A DNA stretch of 64,000 nucleotides from Williopsis jadinii. Taxonomy: Eukaryota. Where the stretch lies: contig AP024666.1 in the NCBI GenBank assembly GCA_024346625.1, forward strand, positions 2,046,001-2,110,000, read 5' to 3'. Position 1 is the stretch's first letter, and each line of letters opens with the position of its first letter. This document shows positions 1 through 11,525 of the stretch, piece by piece. The position numbers were made by a program, and so were the translations under genes. The notes beneath the pieces are model-generated. The model searched no databases. It was not told where the DNA came from and was given only the letters and a program-made list of their open reading frames with translations.

Positions 1-1355
1 CAACGCTGGTTGTTGAAGAAACTTTCGATTCAATCAATTCTTCGATAGACTACGAGACCATTATGATTACAACGCTCAGATTGCATTTAATACGAGATGA
101 TATACACTGGTTTGGATTTAATAATGACTCCATTAATTCTCTTTCTGTTACACTTGAGGGATCGGCCTCGCTTAAAATTGAGGATACATCGTTTCTTTCT
201 CTAAAGAGAGCATTTCTGAGCTCTGGTGGTGCTTTAACTCTACACCGAGTAAGTCTATCATCGTTGACTAATGTTGAGATCAAACTTTCGGAATGCATAA
301 GTATATCAGGATTGGATGCTCCCAGTTGCAGAGCCTTGAGCGTGTCTTCATCTGCGTCCTCTAAGAGAGATCATTTCTGTTTTATAGATGCTCCAAAGTT
401 ATCAAATATGCGTTTGAGTGGGTGTCATTTCAGCTTAATCATGGGAAACAACTTTCCATCTTTAAAAGAAGTGTATCTTTGTTCTGTGATGGGCCCAAAT
501 GATGAGAGATGCTATGACTTCCTTCAAGGAGTAGCAGGTCTTAAGATGATGTCTTCTGATCCCTGGTGGAAGTACACCCCCAATATTGAATATTTGAATA
601 TCTCTGACAATAAGTCATCAAACCTTGAAGATCTAAGGGAATTCCAGCTCCCTAAGCTCAAAGATTATTGCATAACTTACATTCGTGATGCATCGTTTAG
701 TCCATTAGAGCTAACATGCGGATCACCGTTGCCGAATTCACCAAGACTTGAAACCATTTCTATCATGAATTTTGCGACCCATCCAAGCGATATCAGAGAT
801 ATTCAAAGGAAATATTCGTCATCTTTGTTGATAATATCAGTCATCGAACAACCATTGTTGAAAACTGACTATATTACCGGGTACACATTCCACTTGGAAG
901 AAGTCTCTTTTCCAGTTTTGGAGTCGCTTTCGATGGAGATGGGGTATCCCGTAACTTACAACTTCATGAACGCTAACTTCCCAAAGCTCAACTATCTACT
1001 TTTGACATCGTCACTTCCTGGAGCCAATAATGGTCATCCTGTTCTTGATGAGTTCCATCTCGATCTCAAAGCACCTGAGCTCTGTTTACTATCTCTTGAA
1101 GATACAAGTGTGGGGCCTAATCCGTGCATACAGGAGCTTCCTAAGTTAAAATCACTGAGAATATTGAATCCTCCCGATTTGAATGTACAGAGCTTGACCG
1201 TTGTGAGATGTCCACAGCTGGAGGCTTTCTTATTGGAGAAGGAGACACCAAATCAAGATGGCTCGATTTTATTGATACGTCACGATGGAAGTCTGGACAA
1301 AGTAGTGGATCTCAACACCAACTACAAGTACAAAAGGCTGGAAACTATGGTTTAG
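1..1355 (+). CDS. Leucine-rich-repeat-like protein, 5'-truncated by the window edge
   Basis: The frame is open from base 3 to the stop at 1353-1355. Repeated LxxLxL / 'P.L..L.L' patterns (APKLSNMRL, FPSLKEVYL, LPKLKDY, FPKLNYLLL, LPKLKSLRI). Confidence 0.65.
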   Translation, partial: TLVVEETFDSINSSIDYETIMITTLRLHLIRDDIHWFGFNNDSINSLSVTLEGSASLKIEDTSFLSLKRAFLSSGGALTLHRVSLSSLTNVEIKLSECISISGLDAPSCRALSVSSSASSKRDHFCFIDAPKLSNMRLSGCHFSLIMGNNFPSLKEVYLCSVMGPNDERCYDFLQGVAGLKMMSSDPWWKYTPNIEYLNISDNKSSNLEDLREFQLPKLKDYCITYIRDASFSPLELTCGSPLPNSPRLETISIMNFATHPSDIRDIQRKYSSSLLIISVIEQPLLKTDYITGYTFHLEEVSFPVLESLSMEMGYPVTYNFMNANFPKLNYLLLTSSLPGANNGHPVLDEFHLDLKAPELCLLSLEDTSVGPNPCIQELPKLKSLRILNPPDLNVQSLTVVRCPQLEAFLLEKETPNQDGSILLIRHDGSLDKVVDLNTNYKYKRLETMV

Positions 1356-1498
1356 TACTGAAGATATAATCTCTTCAAATCCTTGTCGAGGTTGTATGCT
1401 CGTACACTGTAATGCTATTATTTATCAGAATGGGCAATGCATACTCAACGACTGATCCAAAGTATACGATGATGATACACGAGATGGGCCTGGCATCA

Positions 1499-2629
1499 CT
1501 ATAAATAACGCCTTTTGCGCCTTGGAAGAGCCGGTATTGTCATAGGATTGACGTTGCACAAGTCATAGTACTCGTCTTCATCCATGTCGTCATGAGTCAA
1601 ATAAACCCCAGTGGCTGACTCGTTCAGTGGCATGTTGCTTTGACTTCTACCGGTTTCATTCCCAGTGTATTCCATGCTGACTTGGTTCAACTTCATAACA
1701 GTCTCAGAATGGTCTTGTCTGTATAGTTTCTTGACATACCTCGTTATTTTCCTAGACTGGTACTCTAGGACATCATCATGGTCGACAAAGAGCCCAAACT
1801 TGAGTCCAGTGCACAGCAAACCGACACTAGTTCCAATGTTGAAACTACTGTTATCGTTCATCACAAGTGGCCAGCAGTACGACTGGTCATCATACTCGTA
1901 CCTCATATCTTCATCAAGAGATGTTGATAGATTGCCATTGTCGTTTGATACTGTGCTCGACGTTTCAACAATACCTTGATAGCACTCGTTTCGCCAAATC
2001 GACACACAACCAGTAGTGCCAGAGGAGCTCTCAACCTCGTTCCCGAGCTTTGCGAATTGGCTGTGATTCGTCACTGTTGTGAGATACATAGGAACGTCAG
2101 ATAACCACTTGTCCACCTTCTCCCTGTGAGACATGTTTGGCGTTCCCCTTGGATCAAACCCTGGGGGGAACCGGCTTGGACGTGGAACGTCCTCACAGGC
2201 TCCATCATGATACTGCTGCTGCTGCTGCTGCTGTCCAACATGGCGTGAGCTTGGACCAGTAAAATGGCCACCCATGTACTGCTGTGCTTGCACGCCGAAA
2301 TGACCACAGTCGTCAGGCTTCACGCCCTGGCCACCCTTTGGTGCTGTCTTCAAGTCTGTGAAACCATCTCTGCTATGACTGCCTGTAAAGCCATGGGCTG
2401 ACGCTTGAACGTGGGGACGGCTCAAAGGACTGGGGCCGCTGTACTGCACTGCCTGTCTACTCAACCCGTGCCTGCCCTTGAGGTAAACACTGTTGGTGCT
2501 CATATTCCCCTGGAGGCCATCTGTACAGCATCCAGTCACGTGCGCTCCAGAGCCATGGGCTTGCACAGGCCCTTGCTCACGCCCCTGCTCACGCTGACGG
2601 TAAGCCGCGGTACTGACACTGTGTCGCAT
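1499..2629 (-). CDS. Hypothetical protein, largely low-complexity, with a poly-Q tract
   Basis: 386-codon ORF, first ATG at 2629. No family recognised. Confidence 0.55.
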   Translation of the reverse strand: MRHSVSTAAYRQREQGREQGPVQAHGSGAHVTGCCTDGLQGNMSTNSVYLKGRHGLSRQAVQYSGPSPLSRPHVQASAHGFTGSHSRDGFTDLKTAPKGGQGVKPDDCGHFGVQAQQYMGGHFTGPSSRHVGQQQQQQQYHDGACEDVPRPSRFPPGFDPRGTPNMSHREKVDKWLSDVPMYLTTVTNHSQFAKLGNEVESSSGTTGCVSIWRNECYQGIVETSSTVSNDNGNLSTSLDEDMRYEYDDQSYCWPLVMNDNSSFNIGTSVGLLCTGLKFGLFVDHDDVLEYQSRKITRYVKKLYRQDHSETVMKLNQVSMEYTGNETGRSQSNMPLNESATGVYLTHDDMDEDEYYDLCNVNPMTIPALPRRKRRYL

Positions 2630-2861
2630 ATCAGGCAATGCCGGTGATCTGGTTAACACGCTAAAGTGATCTAGAGGAAACGGAACGATACTGTGCTTTA
2701 TAAGTAGGAAGAAAATGGACTAAAACATCTAAACACACCTTCCATTGGCAGAACCTCGTCCTCGCCCCCCATCTCTGTGTAACATTCGACGTATCATCGC
2801 CACTATCGCCTGGGCAAGTTAAGGATTTGTGGTAGAGAAGCTCTTTTGTGTACATCAACAA

Positions 2862-5015
2862 TCAAAGGACCCTAAAGAGGAAGGTTGCAAACACTGACAG
2901 AGCCAATGCTGAGCAGATCAATGTCGGGCCGTATTTGTCGTCGTAGTTGGCGGCAACCTTGGCCCTGATGTTGATGACTCTCCACATGTACATAACAGAA
3001 GCATAGACGATGGTGCCGACGGTGGTGAGGTAGAAGCCAACGGAGGCGGCTAGCGAGACGCGGTCGCCGTAGGAGAGCAGAGTTGTTGTTGTTGCGCTGA
3101 GGATAAGCGCGATGGAGATCCAACTCAGGTAGGTTCTCTCTGTTGCAAAGTACACCTTTGGCTCGACTCTGACTGGGACGCAGATCTTCTTGCCCGGTGG
3201 TGCCTTAAACCTGGACTCGAAGACGGTATCCTTCGACACCTTGTAGGTGTTTTCATCAGTGAAGAAGTCTTCTATCGATGCCAGTGCGCTGTTGTACCAG
3301 GCGGCAACAGGGTTTGCGGTGCTTGGTCTGGTGGTGGCGCTGTTCCCTCCGCTGGTCAATAGCGGAGAGCTCTCTGAGGCGGCCTGCGTGTTTGGCTGAG
3401 TGCCCTGCTGAGAGGACTCGCCAATGGCGCCAAACTGGGTGGAAGAGCCAACGCCTGTGCCAATTGCCTCTTCTTCGTCCATGTATTCACCACTCGAGGT
3501 GTTGTTGTTGGAGTCCACGTTTCTATGGATACCGATTTCGTTGGAGAGCACAGGCTTTCTAATATCGACGCCCATCTGAGGTAACCAGAACGGAATTAGA
3601 TCAACACGTTCTGGCAGGAGAGAAGCACAACCATGGATGAACTTGGAGAACTTTGGCACGGCCTCAACAAGATGGGAAGAGATCAAGTCTCTGACCCATT
3701 GTGGTGGTTCCTGGCCCATTTGAGTCTGTAGTTTGACCTCAAGAACAGCGTATGGGAATCTTTCGACGTCCTTTGGAGGCAATTGAGAGAATGGCCAGTC
3801 AACACCAATGTCCATTCTTCTCCAGTTACCCTTTGTTCTATCAACACCGTCAAAGTTATCCTCTCTAACCATGGTCAGCTCAGTATCAAGAGAGATACGA
3901 ACTCTTGCATCACCAGGCAACTGGAACGCAGTTCTGTTGTAGAAGGATCTCATCACAGGTCTCAATCTCTTCTTCAACATGGTGTACTGGACTTCGGTGG
4001 CCAAGGCCTCCAAGCCTTCGATCTCCTTCAAGGACTTCTTACCATCTTTTCTCATCTTTTCAAACGCTTGTGGAACTGTGTATTCACCCTTCATGAAGGC
4101 ATTGACGTGTCTCTCCTTCAATGGGAATCTGGCCTTGACAGAGTTTTCACCAGTCCAGTCCTCTCTATGGGTCTTTCTTTCGACAAAGATGGTGTCTGAT
4201 GACATGCCACCATACCATCTCAATCTGTGTGCCTCTGCACCTTCGTCCTTTCTCAGTCTTCCGTAGTACAAGTCCATGTTCTCGTTATCGTAGTAGATCG
4301 AGGTGATGGCGGAGTCTTCCACTTCAAAGTCCTTGTTGGCATTGAAGACCAGCACTGGCAAGTGCTTCAGGATGATGAGCTTCAGCTCCGTGATGTTATC
4401 TGGATGAACCCAGTACTTTGTAGTTTGACGGACAAAGTTCTGTTGAGATCCACCAGCAGCTGAATCTCCCTTGACTGGGTTACCCCTTGTTCTAACCAGG
4501 TCGTACAGCCCAGAGAGCTTGACAATCATCGGGTCGTAGTTGTCCTTAAAGAACGGCTTAGCATCCAGACGCACTTGAAAGATTGGCTTCAATGTCCAAC
4601 TGGTCTGCTTATCGTGCTTCTTGATGATCTTTTGGAACCCGGTGTAGTTCAGTCTTGTGAATTTGGCCAGGTCGTGCACGTCAGCAATCACATCACTCAG
4701 CTCCTCCTCCAGGTCCTCAAAGTCCTGCTCAAAAGGAGGCGCACCAGACTCAAGCATCGCCAGCACCTCCGTCACAGAGTGCTCAGCATCCTTGATTCTT
4801 CTCACAATCTCCTGTCTCTTCACCTTTTGGAAGGTGTACACCTTATCCAGCTCCGCCTCCAGGCTCGTGAGGAACTTCTCCTCCAGCTCATCGGTCCAGA
4901 CATTGCCATTCTGTTGCAACCCACTCTTCAATTCACCCTTCAACTCATCGTAGGAGATGTAGTAGAAGTTGTAGTCCCGGATAAGGGAGCTCTTCAGATG
5001 TTCGCCGAATTTCAT
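2862..5015 (-). CDS. VTC4: Vacuolar transporter chaperone / polyphosphate polymerase Vtc4
   Basis: N-terminal SPX domain (MKFGEHL...[16 protein letters not shown]), VTC catalytic domain ([27 protein letters not shown]) and C-terminal 3-TM domain ([18 protein letters not shown]). Confidence 0.97.
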   Translation of the reverse strand: MKFGEHLKSSLIRDYNFYYISYDELKGELKSGLQQNGNVWTDELEEKFLTSLEAELDKVYTFQKVKRQEIVRRIKDAEHSVTEVLAMLESGAPPFEQDFEDLEEELSDVIADVHDLAKFTRLNYTGFQKIIKKHDKQTSWTLKPIFQVRLDAKPFFKDNYDPMIVKLSGLYDLVRTRGNPVKGDSAAGGSQQNFVRQTTKYWVHPDNITELKLIILKHLPVLVFNANKDFEVEDSAITSIYYDNENMDLYYGRLRKDEGAEAHRLRWYGGMSSDTIFVERKTHREDWTGENSVKARFPLKERHVNAFMKGEYTVPQAFEKMRKDGKKSLKEIEGLEALATEVQYTMLKKRLRPVMRSFYNRTAFQLPGDARVRISLDTELTMVREDNFDGVDRTKGNWRRMDIGVDWPFSQLPPKDVERFPYAVLEVKLQTQMGQEPPQWVRDLISSHLVEAVPKFSKFIHGCASLLPERVDLIPFWLPQMGVDIRKPVLSNEIGIHRNVDSNNNTSSGEYMDEEEAIGTGVGSSTQFGAIGESSQQGTQPNTQAASESSPLLTSGGNSATTRPSTANPVAAWYNSALASIEDFFTDENTYKVSKDTVFESRFKAPPGKKICVPVRVEPKVYFATERTYLSWISIALILSATTTTLLSYGDRVSLAASVGFYLTTVGTIVYASVMYMWRVINIRAKVAANYDDKYGPTLICSALALSVFATFLFRVL

Positions 5016-5192
5016 CGCTTGTCTTCACTCAACTCTTCAGCTGATTGGATTCCTTCACAAGAATGTAGGTACACTGCCAATTGAATATGGCAAGAGAAGG
5101 TTAAGTGAAAGAACCAAGCAGGAAAAAAAGCTGTGATGTATCGAGTTTGGTTGTATGTTTAATACCCAAGCGGAAGAAAGAGTAGAGAAGCG

Positions 5193-5372
5193 CACGTGGG
5201 GGTTGGTGTGCGTGGTGTGCGGAGTTCTGCAATGGTCGGGAACCTAGTGTGCGACTTCCCAATGAGGCAGTTGACATTTTGTGAAGAAAATGGTTACGAG
5301 CGCGTGTACCCTGCTTACGTAAGAACATCCAAACATCACATACTGCTGAGATGTCGGTGCGTTTGTCACGTG
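5193..5372. promoter_or_regulatory. CACGTG boxes (Pho4/Cbf1-type) in the VTC4-RPC17 divergent promoter
   Basis: GCACGTGGG with core at 5193-5198 and GTCACGTGA with core at 5367-5372. VTC4 is a known PHO-regulon gene in yeasts. Confidence 0.55.
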
Positions 5373-5491
5373 ATCACATGTGTGTTTTTATTTTTTTTTC
5401 TGCTTAACTTCACCAGCTCATACTGTTTAATGGCCATCGTCTGCACAGAGCTTGCGTGTCTCGAGTTGTACAATCGTAGCCAATATCCTCG

Positions 5492-5980
5492 ATGAAGGTT
5501 GAGATTGAAAGGGAAAGGCTTCTATCGAACTTCGAAGTGTTTGAGCATTTGAAGGAGATCCAGCGACAGAATAACTGGATGGCACAGCAGGACAATGCCA
5601 AAAAGCCCAAGAGGTCGTTGAACCCAGATTTGGAGAGCATCACGAGAGATCTGAGCTCGTACCTGTCCAAGACCCCTGTGCACATCCAGTCCGTTGATAG
5701 TATAACGGAGTGTATGAAGGATCTGTCGAAATATTCGCTGGAGAAGATTGAGAAGCTACAAATCATCAACTCCGCGCCGTACTCGATGGTCAGCCTATAT
5801 AGTGTTATAGAGGAATGCGATCAAAGGTTCAGCGAGGACGAGATCAACGACATCCTCGAGATAATACAGACACACTTCCCGATAGGCGAGGACGCGAGTG
5901 GTGAGGGTAACGAAGAATACGACGAGGATGAGGTGATGGTCGATCAGCAGGAGGAGGAGATCGTTGTAACAACTACATAG
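5492..5980 (+). CDS. RPC17: RNA polymerase III subunit C17
   Basis: MKV...R..LSNFEV..HL N-terminus and HRDC-like LEKIEKLQIINSAP...LYSVIEECDQRF. Confidence 0.9.
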   Translation: MKVEIERERLLSNFEVFEHLKEIQRQNNWMAQQDNAKKPKRSLNPDLESITRDLSSYLSKTPVHIQSVDSITECMKDLSKYSLEKIEKLQIINSAPYSMVSLYSVIEECDQRFSEDEINDILEIIQTHFPIGEDASGEGNEEYDEDEVMVDQQEEEIVVTTT

Positions 5981-6029
5981 CATTTAATTAAAACGAGTAT
6001 TGAGTTCATTTGTTAGTTAGTCACTTCGC

Positions 6030-7680
6030 TCATTCGTGTTTACGGACACCACTGACAATGTCATCAACCCTCAACAATAGACATGCACTTTCAATCGCAG
6101 TTTTGATACTCTGCTGCTTGATAACCTCGGGCTCCCAAATTCCATATTCGTTCATATCGACAATCTTACCGTTATCACCGTCGATACCCCATGTATGCTC
6201 GCCCTTTGCCTGTTTAGCTCTCAACTGGGACAACACTCTGATTGGGTTACCACCACAGTTTTGTACCAAGGTTCTTGGAATGACCTCAAAGGCGTCTGCA
6301 ACGGCTTGGTACGGCCATTGCTGTATGCCTTCAATCGTTTTGGCCTTTTCACTGAGGCGAACACTCACAGCCATCTCGGTGGCACCTCCACCTGGTGCTA
6401 AGCTTGGCTCGAACATGACGTTACGTGTCACAGCCATAGCATCTTGTAAGTTACGTTCAATCTCGTTGAGGATATCCTTTGAAGGACCTCTCAAAAGCAC
6501 AGTACAGGCCTGTGGTTCACGACATTGGGTTAGGAATGTGAAATACTCATCACCAATGAGCTCAACTTTGAACAACCCACATTTGGTACCGACATCCGAC
6601 TCACGGAGGTCTTCGATTCTATTAACAATTGTGGCACCAGTGGCTCTGGCAATTCTGTTGTTATCAGACTTCTTGGTTCTTCTCAATGCGGTGACACCAC
6701 CTTTTAGCAAGTAGTGTTGAGCCAGATCTGAAACACCCTTCTCTGTAATCACCAAATCAGGTTTAAAGGAGAGCAAGGTTTCACACATCTGCTTGACTTG
6801 CTCCTCCTCAATCTGCAAGATTCTGTTCCAATCTTCCTCCTTGGTGATTTCAATGTTGGTCTGCGATTCCCCCTTCTTGTACTCCAGTGGACAATCCAAC
6901 AAGATGATTCTTGGGTTCTCAATGAGCCTTCTCATCTTTGGGTGTGTGACATCCTTGTTAAGGAGGACTCCATCCAACACCTCGGAATCTTCAATTTCAC
7001 CCCCGGGGATCTTCTCAACTCTGATGTATCTCTTGATATCAATCTCCTTATGACCAGCGCCATCGTCAACCAACACGGTCTTCACAGCCTTCAGGGACAG
7101 CTTACACATGAGCTCACTCCATCTGTTGACATACTTGGTACCGATAGACGCCCCGATCAACTTGATCATTGCGTCTTCGTTGTCCAGATCAATAGGTCTT
7201 GAAACTTCATGGATCACCTCGAGGGCATCACTCAACGCCTGTTTCAACGCCTGGATGATAATCACAGGGTGAATGTTCTTTTCAATGTACGGGAAACTCT
7301 GCGCCAGGATTTCACCAGCAAGTATGATCACCGTGGTGGTACCATCACCAACCTCTTCGTCCTGGGTTCTACTCAGCTCAATCATCGACTTGGCGGCTGG
7401 ATGCGCAACATCGATCTCTCTCAAGATCGCATGCCCGTCGTTTGTAAGCACAATACCACCCATAGGGTCAAGCAGCATCTTCAGCATCGCCTTCGGTCCG
7501 AGACACGTTCTGATGATGTCACTCACTGCCTTTGCCGCGGTGATGTTGGAGATCTGGGCCTCTCTACCAGTTTGGCGGTCTTGGGACGTATCTGTTTGGT
7601 TCCAGCGGTTAGTAACGTGCGCGCAATATCCCGAGCCCCAAGGCTGACAACTTACTCATGAAAACCACTGGAGCTTGCAT
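6030..7680 (-). CDS. CCT3: Chaperonin CCT gamma subunit. Exons 7680-7656 and 7591-6030, intron 7655-7592.
   Basis: The spliced N-terminus reads MQAPVVFMNTSQDRQTGREAQISNITAAKAV. Intron GTAAGT...TACTAAC...CAG. GDGTTT ATP-binding motif present. Confidence 0.97.
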
Positions 7681-8983
7681 TGTTGATCTGCCGCTGCTTT
7701 GCTTTCCTTCTTCTCTCCGTGTCCTTTTGTTGGTGTAAACAGTGAAACCGCTGAAACTGTCGAGGAAAAATGTTGGTTAAGCGCTGTTTGTTGATGTTTT
7801 TTTTTGCCTCTGTCGCCGTGGGATTTGTAATACATTACGTAATCCGTGTGTTTATGTAATTACTGACGTAATCAACTTGATTATGTAATCACTATGCATA
7901 ACCCTGCTGCATGCAGTAGTTAACTGTCCGGGATGAGGGATGTGGTACGCTGAACAGCAACTACATAAGCATATACAAGACGCTTTTTCAACTTTACGGC
8001 CGCTGGTAATTTGCTCGAGACTAAGAGTTTAGAGGCTGTTTGCTCCGGTTCGAAAAACAGTCTGTGTAGTTGCTCCAGGTTTTGGCCGATGGGTTAGACG
8101 TTGAAGGCCAACGTGTGTTGTTCTCAACTCACGAGTTGGGGCTAACAAGTAAATATTTGGACTTGGCGTATACCTCAACATCTTCATAGGAGTACACAGA
8201 GTAAGCTATTCCGTTTCAAAGAGCACTGTGTTCCTCTTGTGATGATAAGATGGTATTTGGTGCACTGTTAAAAAATTTTCTGTATTTGTTTTAAAAACTA
8301 GTCTCATATTTTTGTTCAGGAAATTAAGCTTGGGATAATGTGAGCACCTTGGTAAAACGAATTTTTTAATCAAACAATTTATCATATATCCAAGAATAAA
8401 ACTTGGTAGTTAAGTGGTTTTAGTTTTCAAGTATAATTCCAGTATGACATGATAGTTCTGTAGCATTTATGTTATGGATTTACCTCCATTTCTAGTCAGA
8501 TACTTCTGGCGATGCAGTCCAAAATTTGTATGCAGTATGCTCCTCTACAGCCCTAACGCACTCGGTCGAATTCTCTTGAGAGAGATGCAGTTACTGCATC
8601 TCAGTCATTATCAGATATTCCTTAAAAAGGCTGACAAAGGTTCATACAATGACCATTCCTCAGCAACTGTTTCAAGCAATAATTTGCTTTATGGAAAAGC
8701 CACCAAGGATAATTAGCATGCGAAATACTTACCGTTGATCCATTTTACTCTGGCAAAATGATCAGTTGCCAGGAACCCTTATGTGATTATAGATGAGTTG
8801 GGATGTCCGTCAATAATTCGTGTATGCTCGTCGCAAAGATTTTCCAAAGACATATGCCAACAGTTAATGCTATATTGCAGGCATAATCCAAATTGCTTTC
8901 CCTTACAACAACTGTTCATTCTCTTCAGATCCGTAAATCTTCAAAATTAAGACCCGAATCGCCTTTTTCAACAATCACATCAG

Positions 8984-10980
8984 TATTAGAATGATACTTA
9001 TAAAAATAGCAAACCCCCCTTCAAATTTCCCCAAATTATACCGCAATGTAGCTCTTACTCAAATTAAGAGATATGCAAAGTATGATCATGTTACCTTCAA
9101 TACTTTCTGAGATATAACGATTCATAATTGGGAAACCTGAGGAGGCAAACAAAAGAACATATCCATATCATCATATATACTAACTTTGAGCTTGATTGGA
9201 CCAATGGTTCTTTTAAAATATATCAGAACGTGTTACATTATATCTCTCTGGTTCTTCGTTGCCTCAGCAATCGTAAAATGTAAGGATGTTTCCTAATTCT
9301 GTAGGTATTGTTTACATTTTGAATTCTTAACAAACACAAAACGACACAAAACCAATACAGCTTTATACACAACATTAAAAACATCACCAAACAATGGCCA
9401 AGAACAAATGATTAATCAAGTAAGGAAGAATGGTCAGGTAACAACCAAAGAAACTCCGGAGAGCTCTCATTGGAACCTTCTAACGACGTCCTGAACCAGA
9501 AGAAGAAACATCAGCGGCTAATCCAGAACCACAGCAGCAACTTCAAACGAATGAAGGTACGATACAACAAGAAGATTTAGTAAATATTGAGATGGAATAA
9601 TTGACCTGCTGTGAGAACAAGATACGGAGCCAAGAGATCTTCAAGTTCTGTCACAAAATACCCATGTAGAGATCAAAGATGTACCACAACAGCCGCCATT
9701 AGCTGAACCTGATAATGGAACTATGGATGATAGAATAAGAAGTGGACGAAGAAATAACGCAGAGATGGCAGATAGAGTATTAGAAAAAATTATATGTGAT
9801 GGTGTTTTGATTATGATCCCAACTCTGAACACATCATTGAGGATGACACCAACGGTTTTAATGAGTATGATGATCCAATTTATTAACAACAACAGCGGAG
9901 ATCACGGAGACCACAGAGACCACCGAACTCAGTGTATAATCCAGGTCTTGAAAAGTGTTGCGGTTATTGCTATGCAGTCCTTATCGATACTGAATTATCA
10001 TCTTTTTGTTGCATCACGGACAAAATTTTACTCAGTGACATATTCAAAGAGACTCTACAGTACATGAAGGATATCTTATTGGATCCAATCACTTCCAAAT
10101 ATTCTCGAACAATCAATACAATTCTTTTGCTATCATCGTTGGGTTCTAACAGGACTGGCGATTCAAGAGATGGAACTTATTCAATCACTATCGACTGGTG
10201 TTTACTCCATAGAGTTGATGGTATGATAACTTAGCAAAATAGCTAAACGAAGTTTGCAGAAATTTATACACTAGATTCGGATTTCGCTACAGAGCGTCAC
10301 GCTGAATTGCTTAGAGGTGTTCTTCAAAACGATGAAGAATATAATAAACTTGAGAATTATATTGGCAAAATTGGTGGATTTCTCTCTCAACACAATCGTT
10401 ATACACCGCTGTTATATACCGTTAGAGAAATTGTTCAACAGGAGATTACAGATATGGGATTAACAAGAGAAGAGACTGTTGTTGAATTTGTCAATATTCA
10501 ACCAACAGCACCAACAAATTCAGAAGATCCTACTTCTCTTGCCAGAAGTTAAAGAGTTTGCCTTGGTGCGCAGAAGAAGAACAGCAGAATATACTTCAAT
10601 CTCAGTAAGTATAAAGAAAAGATCTACAGGCAGCTTCCCTTTCATCAACAGTCTGTGCAAAAGTGTTTTTTGTTCTTTGAGATGTCCTCTTTTAATAAAT
10701 AAACGACGAGACAAGTCATTTCCATACTAACAGCACTTGGATTAGTATGATTCTAGCATATCCACCCCGTTCACATGCTTGCGACTACATATACGAAATC
10801 TTACGCTACAGTTTTAGGAAACTCTTTTGATCGTTGATTTCGTTAGTTTCAAAATCATCCAATCAACGAAGGACCAGGCATTAAAGTCAATACCCGACGG
10901 ACTGCGCAGCGCAAGTTGATCGGGAAGGTAGCGGTGATTCGAGATTTACCCGAGAGTTAGGAAGGTCCAAATCGCGTTCA
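8984..10980 (+). mobile_element. Degenerate Helitron-like element, copy 1 (N-terminal Rep-helicase remnant)
   Basis: Aligns in inverse orientation with 40114-41930. Broken frames give CxxC.A....E....CC...K(I)LL, INTILLLSSLG, GTYSITI...LLHRV, FAEIYTLD, LSQHNRY, LPEVKEFALV and LRCPLL. These match, in order, the motifs upstream of the Helitron Rep domain. Confidence 0.7.
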
Positions 10981-11525
10981 AATTTCAAAAACCGCAATGG
11001 AACATGGTGACCCACTGCTCCATCTAGGATTCAATTTAAGAATACTGAAATAGATCGAATTTCAACCTCCTTTGGTCGGAACTGCGTGCAGTTTATGGCT
11101 GAATAGCATCGATTGTGCAGTCTGGTGGGGCTCGGGTTTGATTTCGGTCGATTAAATTGTGTTTCGCATTATACTACCTACAAATATCAACTTACTTCTA
11201 AAATTGGTCAGCAACGTCCCGAACCACTGCATGAAGATACAAGGCAGTATTACAAATATATCAGGCAGGGGAGGGGGCTTAAGAATGCTCTTACTTATAC
11301 CGTCGCCGACAAATTAAAGGTAGGCAAATAGAGTTTAAACTTTTCTGGGGAACGCATATGAATGGATAAATTCTCGGAAGAACTCAACGGGGTACAGCAC
11401 CTGCACAAAGACAGATTAGGGCCGCCAGCCGGATGGTCCTGAAGGCAGCGGCCGGTTATATAAAGTCTGGTGCTCGACCTACAAGTGTATAATCATATTC
11501 AAATCCCTCACTCTATCACAGAATA

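Noticed and set aside
3278..7661. Many antisense ORFs over VTC4 and CCT3
   Set aside because: Shadow ORFs caused by codon bias of the real genes on the opposite strand.
10997..11027. Hairpin plus CTAG as a definite Helitron 3' terminus
   Set aside because: It lies outside the region shared with copy 2, the hairpin abuts CTAG directly, and the next base is G rather than T. Kept only as a weak candidate.
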